From assembly GCF_016432865.1 (NCBI RefSeq), contig NC_067400.1:388306001-388370000 (forward strand): 64,000 nt of DNA, given 5' to 3'. This document shows positions 54,241 through 64,000 of this stretch, one piece after another; position 1 is the stretch's first letter; each line of letters begins with the position of its first letter. Source of the stretch: Antechinus flavipes (Eukaryota). Made by a program: the position numbers and the translations under genes. Below the pieces are notes generated by a model. It worked only from the letters and a program-made list of their open reading frames with translations, did not search any database and was not told the DNA's origin.

Positions 54241-56209
54241 TCTCACCATTGAACAGGTTCCAAATTCAGATAAGTACTGTTAGGTGCACACCTTTTCTAG
54301 TATTTCTAACACAATGGGAGACTATTAAGTTCTCTGCTAAAATCTATCTTTGAACTTATTTAATAATACTGTCAAAAAAGAAATAGTTCACATGATATGT
54401 TTTTGAAGAAATCATTCTGCATCTACAATAATTTCCTTTTCTAGATTTTGATAGACAAAATTTCATAATGCCCAATGAAATTTGGAATTTGAAAAGGAAA
54501 TAGGGATAAAAGGCTGAAAGGGAATAAGTGTGAGGGGAGGAGAGAAGTCTTCATTATCTTTCTAGAGTTTATCTGCTTTTACTTCTGCCTGATGTCTCAA
54601 TCTACTTTCCCTCTAGGGATAAGTATGTCCTAACAACTGTCTTTTAAAATCAGGATATATTTATGTCTGTTGCAATTGAGTCTTGAATATTAGGTGTGAG
54701 GAGAAAATTATTCTATATCAGCTCTAGAACTTTTCAACAAAGATTCTATACATCCTTGGGGGCTAGTGATTTGCAAATGTAATTTATAAAATGAGCAAAA
54801 GGGACAAAGGGAAGAGAAAAAAGGGAGAAAGGATGGATAATCAGAGAAGCTAGAGATGGAAATAAAAGGTGAAAAAAATGAAAAAGAAATTTGGTAGGAG
54901 ATTCTTTTTCCCTTATGCCTGCCATAAATATGATGTTTAATCATATTTGGAAGAACTTTACTTAGTCTCCTGCTAAGTTCCTCATGGATATATTCATTGT
55001 ATTCATTCTAATATATTTAAAGTGAGAAGAAAGTAATAGGAATCAAAAAACAGTTAACACCTCATGATACAATGTTTAAAAAATTCTTTATAGACTTTGA
55101 AGAAGTATTTTCAACCTAGGGCTTTACTTCAGAAAGTGTTTTATTTCACACTGCTTTTGCTAACTACTTAAGGAATATTGGATTATTGAACTGAAGTGTT
55201 CATAATACATCCCTTATTTGTCAGCATGGTATTTGGGATCCCTGTCTTATTTAGGGGAAATTGTGATTCATATTATCACTTGTCTAATCTTCTCCTTGAC
55301 AGAACTGGAGAGGGTGTGAGATAGAAGCTAAAGCTGAAAATGAAGTTAATGCAAAACATATTTTATCCGACAAAAAGAAATAGCTAATATACCATTAAAA
55401 TTCTAGGTCCTGACAGTTCTTGTCACCTGATTTGTTCTTTAATATTATCTTTCTTTCTGTTCCTCATTCTTCTCACTCAGTTTACGTTAGGATCATTGAA
55501 TTTTACAGTTTTAAAATATAGTCATTCAAACCTAATTTATTTCTATGTGTCTTAAAAATCTGGTCTGTGGATGGTGTTTTTTTCAGTAATAAATTTATTT
55601 TCTATCTCACATAGTGAGTTTGTGTTGACATGGTTCCCTCTGAATTTACTGGCATTTTGCAAACTATTGTTTACATTGTTTGGTAATTCTAAATTTAAAA
55701 AAAAAATACTGGGATGATAAATGAAAGAAGATAAAGATTTATATCTATAGAAAGGAAATATAGAGTTCTGATTTTAGGATTTCCAATTACTAATTTGCAA
55801 CAGGGATCTATCTATATGTCTAATATCAGATATACCAGCTTTAAAATTATGAATATGATACTTTAGTTACAAATAACCATATCTTGCCTAACTCCATCAA
55901 TTGGTTCCAAAGAAACATGAATGAGGGAAAAAAAATGCCACATTATGAGGGGAATAATTAGTCACATGTAAAATGTTATATAGGGGTAATTGGCCAATAA
56001 TATTTAGATAGGGCTTAATTATTGTCTGTTATTTAATGAATTCTATGATTGCTATGGAAACTAAAGAAACCAGTGATGATGATAAGAGTTTATTAGATAA
56101 AGCAAATGTAGAAGGAGCTGGAAATCAGTTTGGGGATCATTATATCTAGATTTAAATAACTCATATATACTTATAGACACAAAATTAATTAATTAGAATT
56201 TTCTTCTAA

Positions 56210-56760
56210 ATTAAAAACATTTATTAAGTGCCAACTAGAATTAAGGTACACACTAGGCTCCAGAGACAAAAAGACAAAAGATAGTCTGCATTTAAGAAGC
56301 TTGAATTCCACTAGGAGAACACTTAGATAAATAAATATAAAGCAGCTACAAAGTCATTTTGGAAGGTGGGGGGAGGTACTAATATCTGGGAACATTAAAA
56401 AAAAAAAACATGGTATAGGAAGTGGCACCTGAACTGAATTTTGAGAAATTGAAATTATAAGAGGTAGAAGTGAGGAAGGAGATTATTTCTTTTATGGAAT
56501 GTCATCTATACATCTATGCATAGTATGGAATGTTACGTATGGGAAACATTAAATAGACCAATTTGATCTACAAATAGATAGTGTAAGGGAAGTAAAGTAA
56601 ATGCAGTTTGGAAAGATAAGCTATAACTAGCTTGAGAAGGCAAAAATGCTAAATATCTTATTCTGGGATCATCAGGGAACTACTATGTAGTTTTTAAAGA
56701 AGAGTACTGTTATGATTAGCTTTGTTTTAGCATTAACTGTATTGTAGCTTCATAAAATAT
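56210..56760 (-). mobile_element. L2 LINE fragment
   Basis: aaacatttattaagtgcc...ggaagtggcacctgaactgaattttga...gaggtagaagtgaggaagg. Confidence 0.55.
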
Positions 56761-58199
56761 GTTCACACCTTTCTTTGATGTCTTGTCTTTTATTTTATTT
56801 TATTTTATTCCACTCACCATATACTCAATTCTTTTTGTGTGATCTTTAACACCAATTTTTAAAGACTTATAAAACTTCAGGACTTGCAGTCATACAGTTA
56901 ATCCCTGGATGAATATTAGTGTTAAAAAGATCTTTGTGTCAAGGAAGAATTTGGAGTCATTTAAATGCAAACAGGAACATTTGGGATATCTCCCAATTGG
57001 TAGGAAATTCCTCTATAATTTAGACATTTAACTGGATTTCCTCAATGATAGTAGTTTTAAAAAGTTATGTGACTTCCCCAGGGTCATGGAGGTACTGTTT
57101 GCAGCCAGATTTGAACTTAGATCTTACTAACTCCAAGACTCTAACACTTTTGTCAACTATCATATTTGTAAAAAATGCTTTTTTTTTCAGTTTACTTGAA
57201 GCGTAACTAATATTTCTCTAGCCTCCTATTTCATTTCTCTATGAATCATTGTTATTTAAGTATAATTTTTTAAATAACATAAAATTTGTTTGATTTTCCT
57301 TTTTAATTCTCTTATATTTTATATGTAATTTCATTTCACTTATATTCATAGTTATAATTATTAATTGTACCTTTCCTTCTTATGTTTTCCCCATTAATTT
57401 TCCCTTTTCATCAAAAGAAGAAATGAGTGATGAAAGAAAAAGTGATCAACATTAGTCATTTTTAATTGAACTTAGTTTCCACTCAAATAGCCTTTCTCTA
57501 TTCTCTTCACCCAAATCTTGAGCTCTAATTTTTATTCTTTCTTCCTCTTAATTCTTTTTTTATTATTTTATCTCTGATTGAAGCCTTTTTTACCTTTTAC
57601 TATTCTCTTCTATTTGCCCTCGGCTGTTCTTCTCCAATTTAGTTTAATATAATCTTATATTTTTATATGGGGTGATCAGGTCATGTTTACTTTTGACCTT
57701 GATTCCCTAGACTCCTGTAACTGACTTCCACCTTCCATGATTAATGTGCATGGAGGTCTGCAGGATAATTTTTCTATTTTTTCCTGTAATTCGCAACTTC
57801 TCCTTTAAAAATTTTGATATTAGACCACTTAGGGTGATTTTTTAATGTCATTACTGAAGGATATATGAGAAAAGTGATGTTTTATGTTAGCATCCTAATA
57901 ACTTATCATTTAAAGCATGCCAATAGGTTAAACACCACAGTAAGTAGTTCCAGTCCCTATATAGATCAATCTTTATTTATTTATTTAGTAATTGACATTA
58001 GTTTTTGAGAAATGAAACTCTTAAAATAGGGAAAGTACAAATCATTGAATTTCTTCCTAGGTGATGCAATTGGGCTTACACAATTATACCCACTAGATGA
58101 AAAACATTGTGGAAGATTAAAAAAATGAAAAACTATCTGACTTATGGTGCTTATATTATGGGGGGGCATTATTTATTTCTATGAAAGTAAAAACAAAAT

Positions 58200-58546
58200 A
58201 CAAAGAAAGGAAATACAAAATAATTTTTGATAGGGAGAGGGTGAACAGTTGTACCCATGGGATTCAGATAGATATTATGTAGGAAATAGCAGAGTCTTGA
58301 AGGAAGCTAGACATTGTAAAAGGTAGAAGTAAAAATGGACTCCACTCTAGGCATGACAGACAAAATATGCAAAGGAATAGGAGGTGAAATGTCATTTGTG
58401 AAGAAATAGGCCAGTTTGTCTAGAATGCAGAGGCTATGGAGAGAAGTCATGTGCAATAAATCTGGAGAGAAAGTTTGTAAAGAAGGTAAAAACCTTTAGA
58501 TCCCTGGGCAAAGGATACTTATTTTATCCTAGAAGTAATAGGAAAC
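58200..58546 (-). mobile_element. L2 LINE fragment, split by the provirus; resumes at 62283-62900 with a MIR at ~62302-62480
   Basis: gaaataggccagtttgtctagaatgcagag...tattttatcctagaagtaataggaaac|caccaaagttt resembles continuous L2 sequence. Confidence 0.55.
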
Positions 58547-59050
58547 TATTGTGAGCCAGATCTCTGAACTTGAAACATGGTACTAACTAAGTGGAATTGA
58601 TGATACAATGGTTATCTAGTTTAGCATGGTGATTAATAGTTCTCTAAGTTCAATATGATTGATTTAGTCTTACAACAAATAATGGTTTCCTAGTGATGTA
58701 ATGATTGGTTTATACTCAATGTAGAGCATATAAGCTAGGAGCCTCAGCCAGGTTGATTCAGAGATTCAGAGAAAAGGAGAGAAGACAAGCAGACTGTAAG
58801 CTGAAGAACAAGCCCTTGGACAGAAATTAATTCATCCCATCTCACACCATTCTAGTAGCAGTCTCTCGTCCTGCATTTTCTCTATTGAAACCAAGACTCT
58901 TGAAGACCTCTTAAGAAAGCTGCTCAGCCCCAGGCAAGGAGACAACAAAGGAATTGGACTTTAACACCTGGCTACTCTTGTGGTGATTACTGAACTGAAA
59001 CTAAGATTGCTCCCAGAGACCCCAAGAAAACAGAACCAGAGAACATTACA
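58547..59050 (+). repeat. 5' LTR (504 bp)
   Basis: TATTGTGAGCC...ACATTACA; reverse CCAAT (ATTGG) 58704-58708; TATAAG 58729-58734; AACAAA at the poly(A)-signal position 58944-58949. By hand ~57 substitutions in ~495 columns versus the 3' LTR (~88% identical). Confidence 0.95.
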
Positions 59051-59053
59051 TTT

Positions 59054-59072
59054 TGGTGCCTGAACATGGGAC
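59054..59072 (+). promoter_or_regulatory. Primer binding site, tRNA-Lys (closest to Lys3)
   Basis: TGGTGCCTGAACATGGGAC versus TGGCGCCCGAACAGGGAC: two CpG-type transitions and one inserted T, 3 nt after the LTR end. Confidence 0.85.
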
Positions 59073-59101
59073 CAACAACCTTCATCTGTGATCCAGAAAT
59101 T

Positions 59102-59110
59102 AGGGTGAGT
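59102..59110 (+). promoter_or_regulatory. Retroviral major splice donor
   Basis: AGG|GTGAGT in the leader between PBS and gag start. Confidence 0.7.
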
Positions 59111-59156
59111 ACAAGAAGGAAATTTTGTAAAGGGCTAAACCAGTGCTTCAACTGAA

Positions 59157-60934
59157 ATGGGATAGATGTTTAGAAAACAGCCTTCTTTTCCAATTCAAGG
59201 AAAATGTATAGAGAACATTGTTAGACTTATGAAAAACCAAGGTTTGATTGTAACTTGGGAGCAGATCATTGAACTTTTAGAAACAGTACAGTACACATCT
59301 CCTTGGTTCTCTAAGGAAAAAGAATTAGATCCAGATGAGTGGAAATTAGTAGGAGAGCAACTATGTGAGTACTACAATGATAATGGACCTGATTCAATTT
59401 CTAAAGAAACATTTTATACATATAACTTAATACAACTGGCTTTAAGAAATTACATAAGTATTAGAATAAGAAAAAAGAAGAAAGAGCACAAGGGGGAGGA
59501 TACAGACAAACTAAGTGAAAAGGATGAAGAATTAGACAAGAATGGAGTTAAGTAAAATTCTGATGAAGTTAAGGAGTATGGTACTTCACAGGAGGAGCCA
59601 TTAGGGCATTTCCCAACCCCTGACCTACCCTTCTCAATTAACCCTTCATGGGTGGAGGGAGAAGGAGGAGGGGGAGAGGCATTGACACAATCAGCACTAC
59701 CTACGAAGCAGCATATGGCAAGATTACAAAAGGCACTGGTTAAAGCTAAAAAAGGACAGGATATATCTGATTTAATAAATACCCTGTGATTGAAGAGTTT
59801 GACTTTTCAGGTCAACAAAGGAGCAGATACACTCCTTTTGATCTGGAAAAAATTAAGGATTTGAAAAAGGAATTGCATTCTTTATGGGGCTACATCATTT
59901 TATGTTAAGATGTTACTAGAAAATTTGGCTTATGAAATTTTAACCCATAATGATTGGAAATCTATAAGCAAGGTTGAAGCAAGGAACCTGGACAAAATTT
60001 GTTGTGGCTTTCAGAGTATAGTGAACTATGCAGGATACAAGCCTAACGCAATAAGCAAACTTGAGTTAATATACAAATCACCTTTGATCAACTAGAAGGT
60101 AAATGTCAGTATGCAGATACTTCAGCACAGATTAATTATGCCATAGAAGCATATGAGCAAATTGCTACTCCTGTAATCAAAGTATGGGGCTCCCTCCCAG
60201 GAAAAGATGGAGGGGAAGCCTTCACAAAAATAGAGCAAGGTCCCAATGAACTCTTTGCTGATTTTGTGGGATGTCTGCACACAGCTATCACAAGAACCAT
60301 TGGAGAAAATGTAGCTACAAGAATAATAATAAGACAACTGGCTAAAGAAAATGCTAATGAGGTTTGTAGAAGAATTATGTGGGGACTACACAAGGATGCT
60401 CCTTTAGAGGAGATCATAAGACACTGTGCCACAGTGGGCACAAATGCTTTTTATACCTAGGCTATGATGCAAAATACAGGAAGACAGGGTCTCTCTAGGC
60501 AAGGGATTTCCAGAGAGACTCATCAATGCTTTGGGGTAAAGTTGGACATCTGAGAGCTCAATATAGGCAAAAAGACAGAGTGAGAAGACAGGGTGAGAGA
60601 ATAATCCTATGTCCAAAATGCAATAAGGGCTTCCTCTGGGCCTCAGAATGTAGATTGACCTAGGGAAATGAGAGGCAGGGCCAAGATCCAAGACCTCAAG
60701 CAAAAAACAGATGGGGCAATGCCAGCCGAGGTTACACCCAGAGAGTCTTTAGAAGTTCAGGACTCTGATATGATCAATCAGCAGAAAAGCAATCAGATGG
60801 AAGAAAGGGATTATATGATAAATCAGCCAAAAAGCAATCAGATGGCAGAAAGGGATTACACTATCAATCAGCCAAAAAGCAATCAGATGGGAAAAAAGGA
60901 TTACAATTGGGGAGAATACAGGCTTTTTAACTGA
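59157..60934 (+). pseudogene. gag: gag pseudogene (MA, CA, NC, repetitive C-terminal tail) with stops and frameshifts
   Basis: ATG GGA TAG (MG[Q]); betaretroviral MA SPWFSKEKELDPDEWKLVGEQL; CA start YPV at 59780; LLENLA..LTHNDW; MHR FTKIEQGPNELFADFV at 60221; damaged first knuckle; second knuckle CPKCNKGF(L)WASEC at 60610; GNERQG. Confidence 0.93.
60764..60904 (+). repeat. 3 x 45-bp in-frame tandem repeat (15 aa)
   Basis: Unit GATTATATGATAAATCAGCCAAAAAGCAATCAGATGGCAGAAAGG = DYMINQPKSNQMAER; no stops or indels across copies. Confidence 0.92.
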
Positions 60935-60977
60935 TCAGAAGGGCAGTGTCCAGTGCAAGCAGCTCCAATGTAATTGC

Positions 60978-61101
60978 CAGATGATGAGGAGAAATATAGA
61001 GAGTGGTAAATAGAAGGAACTAGATAGGTTAGCTGCTTGAGAGAAAGGGTTTGCTTGTATCTTTACAGATGGAGAAGGAATCAGATGGATGCTAATGAGC
61101 A
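60978..61101 (+). pseudogene. pol: Integrase C-terminal domain remnant
   Basis: QMMRRNIESGK*KELDRLAA*EKGFACIFTDGEGIRWM matches betaretroviral W(K)GPD.L..WGRG(F/Y)ACV.......W. Confidence 0.8.
61050..61068 (+). promoter_or_regulatory. env-type splice acceptor inside the integrase C-terminus
   Basis: TTTGCTTGTATCTTTACAG|ATG; same position within the GFACV motif as the HERV-K env acceptor. Confidence 0.7.
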
Positions 61102-61191
61102 CCTGAAGAGAGACAGAAAAAGAGAAATACCTCTAAACAAAGGAGAAGACCTAAGAAACATCTGACAATGAAAGAGCATGGCTGACAATAA

Positions 61192-61360
61192 GACTGCTGC
61201 AGAACTTCAAAACCAGTAGGAATTATTGGATTCTCTGAAACATGATAATACTGATACAGGGCTTCAAAATCTGCAGCAATCAATGGATTCCCTAACACAT
61301 GATGAGACTATTGCAGGATTTCAAAACTTGCAGGAATTGTTGGATTCCCTACACATGTGA
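61192..61360 (+). repeat. 3 x 57-bp degenerate tandem repeat (19 aa)
   Basis: Units 61192-61248, 61249-61305, 61306-61360 share ttcaaaa..gcag.aat..tggattc.ct...catg. Confidence 0.85.
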
Positions 61361-61746
61361 AGTAATGGACATAAGTAATGGATTCCTTTTGGACTATTTC
61401 TAGGATTTATGGACATGTATAGTTTCTCAGGTTGATTCATGTTATCTGTCATATCACTACTAGCCTGTGTTATGTTACTATGTGCTTATATAATTTATGT
61501 AATTACATGTAATACCTCCCATGTTGATATTATGTATACCTGTTTTAAGTGAGATCCCTCAGAAACCCACTAATCTCATTTGATTTCCCATTTCCCTTTG
61601 GTGTTTTCAATTCCCTTCCTGAGACATCACCTCCTTTTATGGTGTTTTCATTCCTTTTTTTAGAAATCAGGGAAGGTGTGATCACTTCCTTTTTGGGGTT
61701 CTCACCTCCTTGAGAAGTCAGGAAGAGTGTGACCACCTTATGTTCT

Positions 61747-61767
61747 AAAACAAAAGAAAGCGGGAGA
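61747..61767 (+). promoter_or_regulatory. Polypurine tract
   Basis: AAAACAAAAGAAAGCGGGAGA immediately before the 3' LTR. Confidence 0.85.
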
Positions 61768-62276
61768 TAATATGGGCCAGAACTCTGAAGTTGAAATAAG
61801 GTACAAACTAAGTGGAATTGATGAGACAATGCTTATCTAGTTTAGCATGATGTTTAATAGTTCTCTAAATTCACTATGATTGATTTATTTTTACAATAAA
61901 TAATGGTTTCCTAGTGATAAAGTGATTGGTACTCAGTGTAGAGCATATAAGCTAAAAGGCTCAGCCAGGTTGATTCAGAGATTCAGAGAGAGGCAGAAAA
62001 GATAAGCAGACTGGAGGCTGAAGCACAAGCCCTTGGACTCAGATTCATTCATCCCATCTCACACCATTCTGGTGGCAGTCTCTCCTCCTGCATTTTCTCT
62101 ACTGAAACCAAGACTCTGAAAGGACTCTCAAAGGCCTCTTAAAAGAGCTGCCCAACCCCAGCCAAGGAGACAATAAAGGATTTGGCTTATTACTTGGCTA
62201 CTCCTGTGGTGATTACTGAACTGAAACTAAGGCTGCTCTCAGAGACCCCAAGAAAACCAAACCAGAGAACATTACA
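61768..62276 (+). repeat. 3' LTR (509 bp)
   Basis: TAATATGGGCC...ACATTACA; AATAAA at 62172-62177. Confidence 0.95.
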
Positions 62277-63924
62277 GGAAACCACCAAAGTTTCTCAGTA
62301 AGATCATAGAATCATAGTTCTAGAATTAGAAGGGAATTCAAATCTAGTTGAACTTCCTTGTTTGACAGATGAGGAAACCAAGGGCCACTGAACGGCATTG
62401 CCTTGCCCAAGAGCATAAGTGTAATAAACAAAAACAGAGGATTTGAACAAATCTTCTAACTCCAGAGTCAATGCTCTATTAAGTAATATGGGCAGAATTA
62501 TGTTTTTAGGAATATAATTTCAGCATCTATGTTGAAAAAGGAAAGAATTAAAAAAGGAAAACCAAATGGGAAAGCTTTATAAGAGTTTGCATGAAAGAGA
62601 GTAAGAGTTTGGACTAGGGAAGCTGCCATGTGAGTGGAGATAATAAATGAGAGAAGTAGAGGTACAAATAATAAAATTGGTTAATTTATTGGAGGTGTAA
62701 TATGAAGGAAAAGACAAATATAAGGATTATTCTGAGGTTGCAGATCTGGGTGATTGGCCATATATGTAATATAGTAATAACTGTATTTGAAATTCTTTCT
62801 ATAGTATATCAAAGGGAAATAGAGCAATTTCTTTTTATGAGTGACAGATTTCTAAAAGAGGTGAGATTGAAAGTGAATGGTGTAGTTTAAGAGTATAGCA
62901 CTCTGGTAGGTATGTGTGTTTTAAATAGAAAAAAAAATACATGGGAAAAAACTCCATTTTAACCAAAAATTGATTAAGGATAGATTGGTTAATTATGAAA
63001 TCAATTTGAAAGCTCTTAAATTTGATTTTAAAAGTCTCTTGGAAGAAAAAATTGAAATCAGCAAAATTTTGGACAAAAAGTGAGTAATTAATGGCTATAA
63101 AATTAATGAGCAGGGAAAATTGTTGAATAAGAATGTTACCTTAACCAAATATTTTACTTTGGGATGAGCATAGAAATGAACAACTTAACTCAGGAGCAGG
63201 TCTGAGATATGGTGAGAAGAAAAAGTATCAGGATATGATAAAGTATTACTTAGGGAAAGCAAAAAGCAATGAGGAGTCCAAGATATAGTACTCTATCAAA
63301 TGAGACCCCACAACTTGCTCACAGGTTTAGTTACTGAAATGAGCATAAACCAATAATTTAATAAAATAACAAAACAGTTGCTTAATCATCATGGAAAGAA
63401 ATGATTGCTTTTCCCCCCTGAGAATGCAATCATAAATCTAATCATTTAAAGTTCTGAAATAATGTCCTTTATTCTTCTTTCTTTTCCCTTTAGATAGTAA
63501 AATCATATTTAATCCTTCCCAGATAGATGAGGTGCTGTCCTATTTTAATGATGTCTGGAGAATGCAACCTCCTTCAATAACTCTCTTGAATGCTTAACAA
63601 TGTTTCCTGTCAAGAAGTTCTTGTTTATGTCTTAACTAACCCTCTTGTAGTATCATAGATTTAAAACTGAAAGGGACCTGGCTATAACTTAATTAATTAT
63701 CTTCTCGATCTGTTCTCAGCTGAACTGAATAGCTTATAGCTATCTTCAGTGAGAAGGAGAATGACATCGAAAAGAGAAAATGCTAGACCTGGTATCAGGG
63801 ACTCTGATCAAATCTAGGCTCTGATACTTTTTAGCAGAGTGAATTTGAATAATTCACTCAACTCTGTATTTTAGTTTCCTCTGAATAAAATGGACATAAA
63901 ATACTTATATTGTCTATTTGACAG

Positions 63925-64000
63925 ATCATTGTTATTCAGTCTTGTCTGACTATTCATGACCCCATTTGGGGTATTCTTGGTAAAGATATTGGAATGGTCT
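63925..64000 (-). mobile_element. MAR1-type SINE 3' end (runs off the window)
   Basis: ttcagtcttgtctgactattcatgaccccatttggggtattcttggtaaagatattggaatggt. Confidence 0.75.

Larger units (their letters stand above)
58547..62276 (+). mobile_element. Internally deleted (pro, RT and env missing) betaretrovirus-like class II endogenous retrovirus, 3730 bp
   Basis: Two ~505-bp LTRs; perfect 6-bp TSD GGAAAC (58541-58546 and 62277-62282); Lys PBS; MA/CA/NC homology; integrase C-terminal remnant; PPT. Confidence 0.96.

Noticed and set aside
800-58500. Remaining 60-140 aa ORFs in the track
   Set aside because: They overlap SINE/LINE fragments or low-complexity DNA, show no domain motifs and have no consistent exon structure. 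No tRNA, rRNA or CRISPR-like array was seen.
60702-60708. A AAA AAC slippery heptamer in gag phase, like the MMTV gag-pro site
   Set aside because: The -1 frame stops after about 16 codons with no protease or dUTPase similarity. A single A insertion breaking the Gag tail frame is simpler.

Overview
AT-rich, CpG-poor mammalian non-coding DNA. The repeat content (MAR1- and WSINE1-type SINEs, MIR, L2, marsupial-type L1) points to a marsupial, probably a dasyurid. I could not recognise any host protein-coding exon. The first ~800 bp retain CpGs and end in a good splice donor, so they may be a promoter/non-coding first exon with the rest intronic. The best-supported elements are: (i) a 3.7 kb 5'-truncated L1 (14843-18522) with a target-site duplication (TSD), inserted into an older L2; (ii) further L1 fragments, one with a 21-bp TSD; (iii) a 1 kb compound (TAC/CAC)n repeat; (iv) a complete, internally deleted betaretrovirus-like provirus (58547-62276). 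The provirus has two LTRs, a 6-bp TSD, a tRNA-Lys primer-binding site (PBS), a decayed gag, only the C-terminus of integrase and a polypurine tract (PPT), with no pro, RT or env. Its ~1 kb between gag and the 3' LTR is the most interesting part. It holds three different 3-copy tandem arrays and an env-type splice acceptor, followed by an Arg/Lys-rich frame and NES-like helical repeats, which may be the relic of a Rec/Rem-like export module. Repeat family names come from remembered consensus sequences rather than a database search, and boundaries of old repeats are approximate.
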